Shown: piece after piece, positions 1 through 9,614 of the stretch
How positions within the stretch are numbered: position 1 is the first letter of the stretch
Layout of the letters: the number at the start of each line of letters is the position of its first letter
Virus record (IMG/VR): IMGVR_UViG_3300045988_129382
Location: 136,033-200,032 of that record
Strand: one strand, 5' to 3'
Length of the DNA stretch: 64,000 nt
Source of the DNA: a virus
Translations under genes and position numbers: made by a program
Notes under the pieces: generated by a model
Seen by the model: only the letters and a program-made list of their open reading frames with translations
Told to the model about the DNA's origin: nothing
The model's database searches: none

Positions 1-15
1 AAAGCTACTGAAGAT

Positions 16-690
16 ATGTACTCATGGGTAGAAAGTGGTAAGAACTTATTATATTGTTTAGATACTAGTAAATTAGAATATTATAATGTAATATTCTATG
101 GCTTATCTCATAAAGAAGATTGCAATTCCGATGTGTTTAGTGATGATTTATTTGATGATGCCTATAGCAATATATTAAAAGCACTTAACAGAAAATATGT
201 TGGTGGTCAAAATATCGATAGTCCTTTGGATATATTACATAGATTATTAGATAGTTATAGTATTAATATGAGGTATGGTTCTGTACAGGAATTTATCAAT
301 GATGGTACTACTAGTCAAATACTTAAACATTGTATGAGGGAACATATTATTGGAGATATTGTATCTTCTATTTTGCGTACATTACAAAATGTTGAGTTTA
401 TATCATCTATTGATAAAATGATGATAGATACATTTAAATTACCATTATTACGCTATGATGCTATATCTCAGTATGTGTATATTCCATATTATTCCTACAT
501 ATACATTGTACGGCTTATGTCATACAAAGGTAGTGGTAAGGATTATAGAAATATTGTATCGGTATCAGATATAGTAAATAATACAATTCCAACTAGTGTA
601 AATCATAACATTAAGCATTTAGATAAAAACATGAGATTAATTTTAAGTAGTAAATGTGTTTGTAATATAGATATTGAAGGTAATTATTGA
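16..690 (+). CDS. hypothetical protein, family-A paralogue (reading frame stays open to the window start, so possibly 5'-partial)
   Basis: Long ORF. The C-terminal motif SYKGSGKDY recurs as SYKGSGKTY in the next gene. No stop between position 1 and the ATG. Confidence 0.55.
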   Translation: MYSWVESGKNLLYCLDTSKLEYYNVIFYGLSHKEDCNSDVFSDDLFDDAYSNILKALNRKYVGGQNIDSPLDILHRLLDSYSINMRYGSVQEFINDGTTSQILKHCMREHIIGDIVSSILRTLQNVEFISSIDKMMIDTFKLPLLRYDAISQYVYIPYYSYIYIVRLMSYKGSGKDYRNIVSVSDIVNNTIPTSVNHNIKHLDKNMRLILSSKCVCNIDIEGNY

Positions 691-703
691 GGGTGGTGAT
701 TAG

Positions 704-1531
704 TTGGCTAAGAATGTGTTACGAGATAATAAAGCAATAGTAAAACGTATTATAAAGGGTTATAGAGATTCTGCTGATAACTTAGACTCTTATGTATTTG
801 TAAGGTTCTTGGATAGTGGTTGTATACTTAACTTTGAGTATAAGGGCTATAAATATTCCTATGTTATTAATGGTCTTTCTCTTGATACAGATTCAGAAGA
901 TATCAAGGTAGTAGAGTATAAGGGAAAAGGGATTATTTGTTTAGATACAAATAATATATTTAAACTTAGTAGATTAAGAGACGATGGAATTCTTATGTAT
1001 CCTAATAATATTTCTGTGAGTGGTTTGTTGCATAATATGGCTAATCTTGTGTACAAAGATTTACTTAACAGATTTTCTAAGTTTGGGTTACTTGAAGATT
1101 TAATGTCATTTTATACGTCTAAGTATGGTGTATTTTGTGATGATTTAGATACATTTAGTAAGTTGTTTGTTAAGCATAACAAAGAAGCTTTTACATCTAT
1201 GTTGGGTGATTTATGTTCAGAATTATCTATTGATAAGAACTATTATAGGTTAGCTAGAACTGTGTATGCTGAAAATGGGTTATTAGGTTTGTGCTGTATG
1301 GATTTTGAGACTGATACACTCACTCATGCTATTGATTTCAGAAATAATGTAGAGGATTTAGATATACTCACAAAGTCAATTACTAATAATAAGATAATGT
1401 TTAAGAGTATTAGAGATTGTGTTACTAATCGTAAAGTTTTAAATCAATGTATTGGTTTTGTTTTGTCTTATAAGGGTAGTGGAAAGACCTACTCTTATGA
1501 TAAGAGTTCTATGATTGAGTTGGTATGTTAG
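704..1531 (+). CDS. hypothetical protein, family-A paralogue
   Basis: TTG start preceded by GAGGGTGGTGA. The N-terminus NVLRDNKAIV and the motif ICLDTNNIFKLSRL are shared with the next ORF. Confidence 0.7.
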   Translation: MAKNVLRDNKAIVKRIIKGYRDSADNLDSYVFVRFLDSGCILNFEYKGYKYSYVINGLSLDTDSEDIKVVEYKGKGIICLDTNNIFKLSRLRDDGILMYPNNISVSGLLHNMANLVYKDLLNRFSKFGLLEDLMSFYTSKYGVFCDDLDTFSKLFVKHNKEAFTSMLGDLCSELSIDKNYYRLARTVYAENGLLGLCCMDFETDTLTHAIDFRNNVEDLDILTKSITNNKIMFKSIRDCVTNRKVLNQCIGFVLSYKGSGKTYSYDKSSMIELVC

Positions 1532-1532
1532 C

Positions 1533-2348
1533 ATGGGGAATGTATTACGAGATAATAAAACCATATTAAATAAGACTGTTAATATATTTAGTAGTGCTAT
1601 GAGTCATCGTATGTCATGTATTGAGGTTTCATTCAATGGTACGATTACATTCATATATAAACAGTTCAATTATAGTTTCAGGTTACAGGGTGTAAGGCTT
1701 AAAATCAATCCTGAGGATGTAAAACTAATAAATTATAGAGATAAAGCAGTTATTTGTTTAGATACAAATAACATATTCAATTATAGTAGGCTTAAAGAAG
1801 AGGGTTTGTATTATAATGGTATAGCTGGTTTTATGTCAATACAGAGTGTACTAAAGAATATGGGTAATATTGTGTGGAATACCATGTATAAGACACATAC
1901 GGATTTATTTAAAGAGTATTGTAGTAAATTATCTGAAGTGTGTGGTGGTTCTTGTGGTGATTTAGACTCATTCTTGAAGTTATTTATTAAATTTAACTAT
2001 CCTAATATGGTGTCTGTGTTACAGGATTATATCAGTACACTTAGTGTGGATAACTATGTTGCTAGGGTATCTAAGACAATGTACGTTCAAGATGGGTTGA
2101 TTGGTGTATGTTGTTTTAACTTTAAGGATAACTTAGTGACATTTCCTTATTACGGCAAGACTTCATTATCTGGTTTACAGGTGTTTACTACATCAACAAA
2201 TCAACGTGATATGAAATTACTGAATATTTCAAGCATATTGTCTAATAAAAACAAAATTGATGTTGTGTTTCTTAAATTAAATCTGAGGATTAGTAATAAT
2301 TCTCAATTCATGTCTGATGATGGTATGATTAAGTTAGGTGTTGATTAA
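1533..2348 (+). CDS. hypothetical protein, family-A paralogue
   Basis: Start moved to MGNVLRDNK by analogy with MAKNVLRDNK of the previous gene. Shares VICLDTNNIFNYSRL and GLIGVCC motifs. Confidence 0.7.
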   Translation: MGNVLRDNKTILNKTVNIFSSAMSHRMSCIEVSFNGTITFIYKQFNYSFRLQGVRLKINPEDVKLINYRDKAVICLDTNNIFNYSRLKEEGLYYNGIAGFMSIQSVLKNMGNIVWNTMYKTHTDLFKEYCSKLSEVCGGSCGDLDSFLKLFIKFNYPNMVSVLQDYISTLSVDNYVARVSKTMYVQDGLIGVCCFNFKDNLVTFPYYGKTSLSGLQVFTTSTNQRDMKLLNISSILSNKNKIDVVFLKLNLRISNNSQFMSDDGMIKLGVD

Positions 2349-3214
2349 TGAGTGCATTACGAGATAATAGAATATTAATACATAATGTGTATAAGTACAT
2401 CAGAAATAGGGGTATGGCTCACATTCGTATTGGTGGTAAATCTAATACAGTACCTATGGTGATACGTTCTAAGCATAATCGTACTGGTACAATATTTGAT
2501 GTAAAAGGGTTATCTGTTGCATTAAATCTTAGTCATTGTGTTATTAAAGAGAATGGAGATATTGTATCAATAGGTATTGATAGTCAAGATAGAGATGCGT
2601 GTTATTTAGACTTGTGGGGATATGGTTATACACTTAAAAACTTTATGTTTAATCGGTTATTTACAGTTGACGTAGCTTCTAATCAACAACTGTATAATGA
2701 GTTTACTTATAAGTTTACATCTGATTATTCTTTTAATGTTGATAATGGGATTACATCTCTTAGTAAGTTACAGGATTATATAGGGGCATCTATCGATACT
2801 TCTACATGGAAAAAGGTTTCTCATAATCGAAGAATAAGTCTTGTAGATGTAGGGAAGATAGTAGACTCTATTAAGAGTAGTAGGTATTGCTATAATTTAT
2901 CTGCTACTACTGAATTTCTCGTTGAGAGATTAGAGGACTTTTTCTTTGATAATTTAATATCCTTTAAAGATAATAATGGTTTTAATAGGAAAGCTAATTT
3001 TACAGATTTTATACCGATTGTGTCATTCGATTTCTCTAAGAGTGGTAAAGTTAAATTTTATAGTTCTAGTGGTTATATTATCGATAAGACTATTTCAGAT
3101 ATTGAAATTAAAGATTTATACAGTGCCATTGTAACTGAGAAGATGTTTGATAGTGTTAAGATATCTAAAAATGAGTTTAACTATGAGCAGTTTACGCTCA
3201 TAATTGGTAAGTAG
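2348..3214 (+). CDS. hypothetical protein, divergent family-A paralogue
   Basis: The ATG overlaps the preceding TAA (TAATG). The N-terminus SALRDNRILIHNV matches the LRDN leader of the two preceding genes. Confidence 0.6.
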   Translation: MSALRDNRILIHNVYKYIRNRGMAHIRIGGKSNTVPMVIRSKHNRTGTIFDVKGLSVALNLSHCVIKENGDIVSIGIDSQDRDACYLDLWGYGYTLKNFMFNRLFTVDVASNQQLYNEFTYKFTSDYSFNVDNGITSLSKLQDYIGASIDTSTWKKVSHNRRISLVDVGKIVDSIKSSRYCYNLSATTEFLVERLEDFFFDNLISFKDNNGFNRKANFTDFIPIVSFDFSKSGKVKFYSSSGYIIDKTISDIEIKDLYSAIVTEKMFDSVKISKNEFNYEQFTLIIGK

Positions 3215-3268
3215 TATTGTTGTACTGTATGTATGATGTATAATATATAATAGTATAATGTTTCTGTT

Positions 3269-3306
3269 AATAGCACATTCTATATAGGTAGAGTGTGCTA
3301 TTTTGT
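3269..3306 (+). terminator. rho-independent terminator-like hairpin
   Basis: AATAGCACA ... TGTGCTATT stem followed by TTTTG, located after the family-A block. Confidence 0.55.
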
Positions 3307-3329
3307 TATAGTTAAAGGGGTAGAGTATA

Positions 3330-4100
3330 GTGGCTACGATTCAAGAGCGTGTGGAAAGTATTATTGAATCATTACATATTAGAGAGGGTATGATTCAAAC
3401 TGCTAAGGCACAGAAGAGTGTTTTAGATTTTAAACCTAAGTTTGTTATGGCTGATGGTAGTGAAAAGAAGACAGATAAGGCTCCAGCTAAGGTTTTGGAT
3501 GGTGTTAATAAAAACATTAAAGAGGGTTCTTTTAGTTATGGTACATATTATGGTATCTTTGATAAATATGTTGTTTTTGCATATAAAGATAGTCATAACT
3601 TAATGTATCAAGAGGGGTATGTGTATAAATTCAAGACTGAAGAGGATGCTAAGGATTTCTATGATGGTGGTATTGATAGGGGTAGTCTTAGAATCATTAA
3701 AGGTACTACTGTTGTTGCACCATGTTTGTACTCATTGAAAGATAAGAAGTTCATGTCTATTCGTGATGCAGTTGAAGAGTTAGCAAATGGGTATGTACGA
3801 GATGCACTATCTTCTTTGGATAAATATATTGACACAAATGCAATTCCTTTTGATGTTGAAGACGTAACATATAAGTATAGTGTTATGAGTGCTGATAAGC
3901 TTAAATTATACAAACGTGGGTATAACTGTAGTCTAGATGTTGAGATTAAATTGAAAGATTCTAAATATCCTGATAAAGATACATTTAAGATGTTATCTAG
4001 TTCTGTAGATAGGTATGTTAATATGGGTGCGATTACAGGTTTATTTAATGGTACTGAGCATAGAGATTATATTACTGTGTATAGCTATTTGTGTAATTAG
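3330..4100 (+). CDS. leader-family (family-B) member 0, hypothetical
   Basis: GTG start after AAAGGGGTAGAG. N-terminus MATIQERVESIIESLHIRE|GMIQT carries the same IIESL...(I)xE|GM leader as the downstream array. Confidence 0.65.
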   Translation: MATIQERVESIIESLHIREGMIQTAKAQKSVLDFKPKFVMADGSEKKTDKAPAKVLDGVNKNIKEGSFSYGTYYGIFDKYVVFAYKDSHNLMYQEGYVYKFKTEEDAKDFYDGGIDRGSLRIIKGTTVVAPCLYSLKDKKFMSIRDAVEELANGYVRDALSSLDKYIDTNAIPFDVEDVTYKYSVMSADKLKLYKRGYNCSLDVEIKLKDSKYPDKDTFKMLSSSVDRYVNMGAITGLFNGTEHRDYITVYSYLCN

Positions 4101-4107
4101 GTGATAT

Positions 4108-4851
4108 ATGAATAAAAGAAATAGTATATTAGAGAGTTTATCTGAGGGTATGTTAACAACCGCAGTTGCTAAGGGAAAAGGTGATGTAACAGATTTCTTT
4201 AATGACTTGTTGAAGGGAAAAGTTCCTAAAGATGTTAATGTAGAAAGTAATATCACTAGGGTATATGAAACAGATAGTAGAGCAATTAAAGTCTATAAAT
4301 CTAAGATTATTAAGTCTAAGACTGCTAAGAATTTAACCTTTAATGAATTACCTAATGGGTATGTAAGTGTGGTATTTAATGATTTAACAGTTAAACGTGC
4401 AATGGTCATTCATATTGATATGGATTTAGAAGATTTCATTGATGATGCATTAACCTTTGATACAGAGTATGTGTTCTTTATGGCTGATATTGATAGTAAG
4501 TATACTGTGTTAGCTGATGTGGTGTATGATGATGTACAAAATAGATTATGTCTAACAGATGAAGAAGTTATTAAAGTATTTTCACGTAAATACTTTAATA
4601 TTAACAATGGGACTAAGTTTACTAGGTGGTTTATCTCATCAAATTTAGACTCTATGATTTCTAATATTGGTGGTGGTTTGATTATGCATCCATCTGGTAA
4701 GGCTTGGCTAATGCATATGAGTGCTGATGTTACAGATATCAATCGTTTTTCTGCATATGTAGATTTATTCCCTGCATTATCTTCTGATTTTCATAGTACA
4801 TGTGCTGTGAGTGGTGATACAGCATTGTTTCAGTTAAGGATTAAAGATTAA
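4108..4851 (+). CDS. family-B paralogue 1 (candidate capsid-targeted internal protein)
   Basis: RBS AGGTGA. Leader MNKRNSILESLSE|GMLTT. Central motif YTVLADVVYDD. Confidence 0.75.
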   Translation: MNKRNSILESLSEGMLTTAVAKGKGDVTDFFNDLLKGKVPKDVNVESNITRVYETDSRAIKVYKSKIIKSKTAKNLTFNELPNGYVSVVFNDLTVKRAMVIHIDMDLEDFIDDALTFDTEYVFFMADIDSKYTVLADVVYDDVQNRLCLTDEEVIKVFSRKYFNINNGTKFTRWFISSNLDSMISNIGGGLIMHPSGKAWLMHMSADVTDINRFSAYVDLFPALSSDFHSTCAVSGDTALFQLRIKD

Positions 4852-4852
4852 T

Positions 4853-5581
4853 ATGAGTAAACGTAACAGTATATTAGATACTCTTTCTGAAGGGATGTTG
4901 ACCACTATTAAAACAAATAAAGGTGGTATATTCGCTGAGATTAGTAAGGGAAAGATTGATACTAAATTTAATAGAGTTGTAACAGGTAATATGATATATG
5001 ATACTGTTGCTGAGATAGTATTAAGACGTAGAGAGATATCATCTAGGGTAGTAGATAATAAAACATTCTGTGATTATGGTGATGGGTATATTCTAGTTGT
5101 ATTTCACAAGCTAACTATAGCTAGGGGTGTACTATTAAAAACAGATTTTAATTCAAGGCATTTAGAGAATACGATATCCAAAGTATCATTATTACCTAAA
5201 GACTATCAGAGTTTTACTGCTAAAGTTGATAGAGTGTTTAGGGTTTCAGCGAATGTGATGTATGATACATATAATCGTAGGGTATGTCTTAGTACTGGTC
5301 ATTGTATAAAGACATTCTTTAGTGCATGGTTTAAGATAAATACTACAGCAGATTTTAGAAAGTATTTAGTGAATGATACTAGATTGATGTCTTGTATTAA
5401 GGTCGATAGTGTATCGATTGGTGATGCTAGGGGAATGGATTGGGTATTATCTTTTGGTTTTGATATTGTAGATATAGAACGATTTAACGAGATTAAGTCT
5501 TATCTTAGTGATAAAGTAGATAATATGTCATGCTATGAGGACATCAATGATAAGGTTGCTGTTGATTTTTATATTATTTAG
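4853..5581 (+). CDS. family-B paralogue 2
   Basis: Leader MSKRNSILDTLSE|GMLTT. Motif FRVSANVMYDTYN. Starts 1 nt after the previous stop. Confidence 0.75.
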   Translation: MSKRNSILDTLSEGMLTTIKTNKGGIFAEISKGKIDTKFNRVVTGNMIYDTVAEIVLRRREISSRVVDNKTFCDYGDGYILVVFHKLTIARGVLLKTDFNSRHLENTISKVSLLPKDYQSFTAKVDRVFRVSANVMYDTYNRRVCLSTGHCIKTFFSAWFKINTTADFRKYLVNDTRLMSCIKVDSVSIGDARGMDWVLSFGFDIVDIERFNEIKSYLSDKVDNMSCYEDINDKVAVDFYII

Positions 5582-5589
5582 AGGGTTAT

Positions 5590-6372
5590 ATGTCAGTAAA
5601 TAGAAATATCTTAGATTCGTTAAGAGATATACATGAGGGAATGTTATCTTCCATTAGTAATAATAAATCGCTGAGTGGTAAAGGTGAGACTTGGCTTGAT
5701 GCTATTATCAAACGTGATATTAGTAAAGTTCCTAAAGATAGTATAGATACATTTAGGATGTTCAATAAGTCTAAGTTGACTAATGGCAGTGTAGTTCGTA
5801 AATCTACAAAAGAGACAGTGATGCAGAAAGTTAGTTCTAGTGTTGTTGATACAGTATATTGTAAGACATATGATGTTGGTAATACACATTATATAGCGTA
5901 CCTATTTTCTTCTAAAGGTGATACAGGGTATTTACGTGCCGTTGTTCATGAGTCTGACGAGGATACAATAGCTAAGTTGTTAGGTGAGTTTAAATCAGGT
6001 AAGAATATACCGAATAAAGTTATCAATGTTGATAGTATTAGGGGTTGTAATTGTGTAGCTAATACATATTATAATTCTATTACATTTGAGTTCTTTGATA
6101 ATGTAGATACATTTATATCTGAGTTGTTTGATGTGTTTCTTAGTGTTGTTTTTATTGCTTTTGATTCGTTGGATTTAGAGGTACTTAAAAAGGTAATTAC
6201 TCTTAGTGAGCCATTTATTTATTTAGATGATATGGACTATGCTATGGAGTTAAATTTTACATCTACAGATAAAACAGTATTGCCTAAAGTGTATGATTTA
6301 TTATCTTCTATTTGTAGTGGGAAGTATTTAGTTAAGAGTTCACATTACATCGGTTTACGTTGGGAGTTATAG
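5590..6372 (+). CDS. family-B paralogue 3
   Basis: RBS GAGGG. Leader MSVNRNILDSLRDIHE|GMLSSISNNK. Motif GCNCVANTYYN. Confidence 0.75.
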   Translation: MSVNRNILDSLRDIHEGMLSSISNNKSLSGKGETWLDAIIKRDISKVPKDSIDTFRMFNKSKLTNGSVVRKSTKETVMQKVSSSVVDTVYCKTYDVGNTHYIAYLFSSKGDTGYLRAVVHESDEDTIAKLLGEFKSGKNIPNKVINVDSIRGCNCVANTYYNSITFEFFDNVDTFISELFDVFLSVVFIAFDSLDLEVLKKVITLSEPFIYLDDMDYAMELNFTSTDKTVLPKVYDLLSSICSGKYLVKSSHYIGLRWEL

Positions 6373-7158
6373 ATGGGATATTTTAATATTATAGATTCAT
6401 TGAGTGATAAAAGAGTAGATGAGTGAATGTTACAGTCTATGGGTGGTGGTACTCATAGAATGAGTGAGTCAGATGTAAATAGCATAATGTATTCTTTGAT
6501 GAATGGTGATTTCAACTCTTTATCTAGTTATGTTGATTTTAATTCAGTGGTTGATATTTTTAATAATTCTCCTTTTGATTCTAAAATTTCACCATATAAT
6601 ATGGGTTCTTTATCTATTTCTAATGGCAAAGGCATTTTTGGTGTTAGGGCATTGCTTAGAAGTCAAGATTTTTATATGATGGTTACATTTAATAAGAAGG
6701 GTAATTCTACACCTATAGTTAGGTGTGGCATTTACGCTTGTTTAGATGATAACTTGTTGCAGGAAATTTTCAATAAGAGAGTTAATTTAAAGTTAAATAG
6801 TGCTACAGATAAGATAGATGGTTTTAAGTTAGTAGCTAATACATATTACAATGTATCTAAGGAATTTGTATATACTAGGAGTTTACCTTTGTTTGAACTT
6901 TTTTCACGTAAAAGTTTCGAGAGTGTTGCTAAGTCTTATAAAGGTGATTTTGATAAAGACTTTAGGTTAGTTTTGGGTAGTTCTAGTGGTTTACATTTGT
7001 CTTTAGACCCTGATAAATATACGTTTACTATCAGTGTTGAGATTGGAGATAAGAAAAGTCTTGATGATGCATTTAAGTTGTTAAGTAAGAATGATTCTAT
7101 TGGTAAGTATTCTGTCAAAGGTTCTGCATTGAACATTAGTTTTAATATTGGGTTCTAG
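6373..7158 (+). pseudogene. family-B paralogue 4, interrupted by one in-frame TGA between leader and body
   Basis: 6373-6423 encodes MGYFNIIDSLSDKRVDE. TGA at 6424-6426 replaces the conserved Gly codon (GGA in paralogue 5). ATG at 6427 continues in the same frame (MLQSMGG...), with motif GFKLVANTYYN. Confidence 0.7.
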
Positions 7159-7166
7159 GTGTTGAT

Positions 7167-7967
7167 ATGGGATATTTTAATATTATAGATTCTCTTAATG
7201 ATAAGAGGGTAGATGAGGGAATGGTATCATCTATTTCAAAGAATACTAAGAAACAGAACAAAGATACTAAGCGTATGGTTGATGCGGTTCTTAGTGGTCA
7301 AATCTCTAAACTATCTAATAAAGATATGGATATCAGTCTTTTGGTGCGGAACGATACAAAATTATCTAAGAATAATAAAAAGTATGAGAAGTATTGTATT
7401 GTAGGTACTAAGGCTAATATCTTGCGTACTGAGGTGCGTGGTTATGAAATTAATGGTGATTACGTTGTAGCTGTTATTGGATATAATTTACATAAAGGAA
7501 CGACTGTTGGTAAGGCAATGTTATGGGAGTGTTCTAATGAAGATGTATTCAATAAGTTTAAAGAGAAGATGGAACATCAGGGTGGCTTTGATTCTATTTA
7601 TGATGTAAATACTAGTATGTATCGAAGTGGGACTACGTATTATGATAGCAATAGGGATGTGTATTGTGAAAATACTAAAGAAGCATTGGATATGATTTTC
7701 TCTTATTGTGCAGACTCATTCTGCTCTAGTTTATCTAGGTCTGATATCACAGAGGCTTTTAGTCAATTTGGAACATGCAGATTGGATATATCATCTAGTC
7801 AAGATGCTATGTCTACTAGTGTTTTGATAAATTTGTATGGTGGTGAGCCTGGTATTGTTGATTCAATGTATGATACTATTGGTACTAAAGTGAATACGTT
7901 AAATAGTTTTTACAGGTTTATTACATACGCAGAAGATGGGCAAGCTATTATTATATTTAATTTTTAG
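7167..7967 (+). CDS. family-B paralogue 5
   Basis: RBS AGGTG. Leader MGYFNIIDSLNDKRVDE|GMVSSISKN. Confidence 0.75.
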   Translation: MGYFNIIDSLNDKRVDEGMVSSISKNTKKQNKDTKRMVDAVLSGQISKLSNKDMDISLLVRNDTKLSKNNKKYEKYCIVGTKANILRTEVRGYEINGDYVVAVIGYNLHKGTTVGKAMLWECSNEDVFNKFKEKMEHQGGFDSIYDVNTSMYRSGTTYYDSNRDVYCENTKEALDMIFSYCADSFCSSLSRSDITEAFSQFGTCRLDISSSQDAMSTSVLINLYGGEPGIVDSMYDTIGTKVNTLNSFYRFITYAEDGQAIIIFNF

Positions 7968-7975
7968 GTGTTAAT

Positions 7976-8779
7976 ATGGGTTATAGTGATTTAATTGATA
8001 AGCTAGTAGATATACGCATACACGAAGGTATGTTATCTACCATGGGTGATAAAGGTGTTAGTTCGTTGGTAAAGGCACTACAAAGTGGTGATGCTAAACA
8101 TCTTAAAGGTAGTAATATTAAGATAGATGCAGAGTATTATTTTAATAATTCGCCATTCAGTAAGGATTTATTATCATATGTTGTTAGGGGTGAAGATTTA
8201 CCTAGCTACAGGGGTAAGGATTTTAAAATATATCATTTATCTTATTGTGGTGATGATTATATATTGGTCTGTGAGTATGCTAATATAAAAGAAGAGGATA
8301 GTCTTTGTAGGTGTGCAATTCATTCATGTTCTAGTAAAGATGATATTGATTCTATATGGGATGATATTTCTAAAGGAAAAGTACACATAATTTCTGTCAA
8401 TGATACTTTTAAGGGTTGTGAGATTATATCTATTGCTTTTATGGTTAGTAAGTCAACAAAGATGTTACCTAAATCTTATAAAAGTGGAACTATATTAAAT
8501 AATGATTCTGAAGTATTTGGTGCTATGTTTAGTAATGCTTCAATGTATATTAAGTCTGAGTTATCGTCTAGGTATGATAAATTTATTAGTATGTTAAAAG
8601 ATACGTGTATTGAGTATTCTGTATCTCTTGAACGTACTACATTGGAATTTACATTTAGGTTTAATTCTAAAGTTGAAAGTTCTACATTAGGTAATTATGT
8701 AGTATCTTTTATTCATACAAATGATTTTTGTAAAATTGTACAATTTAATGGTTATGTTTTAATTAAATTTTTCTTCTAG
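7976..8779 (+). CDS. family-B paralogue 6
   Basis: RBS AGGTG. Leader MGYSDLIDKLVDIRIHE|GMLSTMG. Motifs YFNNSPFS and FKGCEII. Confidence 0.75.
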   Translation: MGYSDLIDKLVDIRIHEGMLSTMGDKGVSSLVKALQSGDAKHLKGSNIKIDAEYYFNNSPFSKDLLSYVVRGEDLPSYRGKDFKIYHLSYCGDDYILVCEYANIKEEDSLCRCAIHSCSSKDDIDSIWDDISKGKVHIISVNDTFKGCEIISIAFMVSKSTKMLPKSYKSGTILNNDSEVFGAMFSNASMYIKSELSSRYDKFISMLKDTCIEYSVSLERTTLEFTFRFNSKVESSTLGNYVVSFIHTNDFCKIVQFNGYVLIKFFF

Positions 8780-8790
8780 GTAGGGATGTA

Positions 8791-9603
8791 ATGAGTTATT
8801 CAGGCATTATAGATTCATTAGATAGTTTACGTATCAATGAGGGTATGATATCTAGTATAAGTAAGAATAAAGATAAAAATGAAGATATAGATTCTCTATG
8901 TAGTGCTTTACTTAATGGTTCTTTATTCAGAATACCAACTAAGTATATTGATATACGTGATACACATTATTATAATAAATCACCTTTTGATAGTGGTTTA
9001 TTGAGATATACAATTAGTACTGAACCTCTTAATACTCAGAGAGGTAGGGACTATAGGATTTATCGTATGATTAAGGGTAATGAGTATTATTTCATGATTA
9101 CTCTTTCATCTGTGGATAGATTCTATACAAGAATGAAACGATGTGTCATACATAAATGCGATGATGAAGAGATAGCTGATACAATTTGGGGTTATGTTAA
9201 TAGAAAGTCATTACAGATGACATCAATTCATGATACTCTTAAAGGTTGTAAGATAGTTGCTGATACATATAGGGCATTTGATGGGAATGCTGTAGCAGGC
9301 TCATTTAAAAATAAGAGCATTTTCAGTGATACAAAAAGCGTTATGGAAGCTATGTTTTCTGATGCTGTTAACTGTATGAAGTCTTTATTTAAAATTGAGT
9401 ATGAGCCTTTTATTGATAGGTTGTATTTGAATTGTACTGATTATTCTGTGAGATTAAATGGTGATGTTCTAACTTTGTATATGAAGTTTGATAATGTAGA
9501 TACGATATATGATGATTTTAAAAGGGGTTTAGATAATATTAGTACTGATTTTTATTCTTTGTATAAGGATAGTAATGGTGTTGGTATTCAGTTTTTCTTT
9601 TAG
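8791..9603 (+). CDS. family-B paralogue 7
   Basis: Leader MSYSGIIDSLDSLRINE|GMISSISKN. Motifs YYNKSPFD and LKGCKIVADTYR. Confidence 0.75.
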   Translation: MSYSGIIDSLDSLRINEGMISSISKNKDKNEDIDSLCSALLNGSLFRIPTKYIDIRDTHYYNKSPFDSGLLRYTISTEPLNTQRGRDYRIYRMIKGNEYYFMITLSSVDRFYTRMKRCVIHKCDDEEIADTIWGYVNRKSLQMTSIHDTLKGCKIVADTYRAFDGNAVAGSFKNKSIFSDTKSVMEAMFSDAVNCMKSLFKIEYEPFIDRLYLNCTDYSVRLNGDVLTLYMKFDNVDTIYDDFKRGLDNISTDFYSLYKDSNGVGIQFFF

Positions 9604-9614
9604 AAAGCAGGTAT

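Noticed and set aside
3226-3254. Promoter-like TTGTTG - 16 nt - TATAAT upstream of the hairpin at 3269.
   Set aside because: It lies upstream of a terminator-like hairpin rather than after it, and it is composed of generic AT-rich sequence. It is too ambiguous to call.
6424-6426. Genome-wide UGA=Gly (code 25) or other stop-codon reassignment.
   Set aside because: TGA terminates several well-delimited genes, at positions where the next gene's RBS and start follow immediately (IscB at 40305, 29924, 52447, and the ATGA overlaps at 28760 and 34003). Long ORFs contain no internal TGA. The standard code fits, so the 6424 TGA is treated as a local event.
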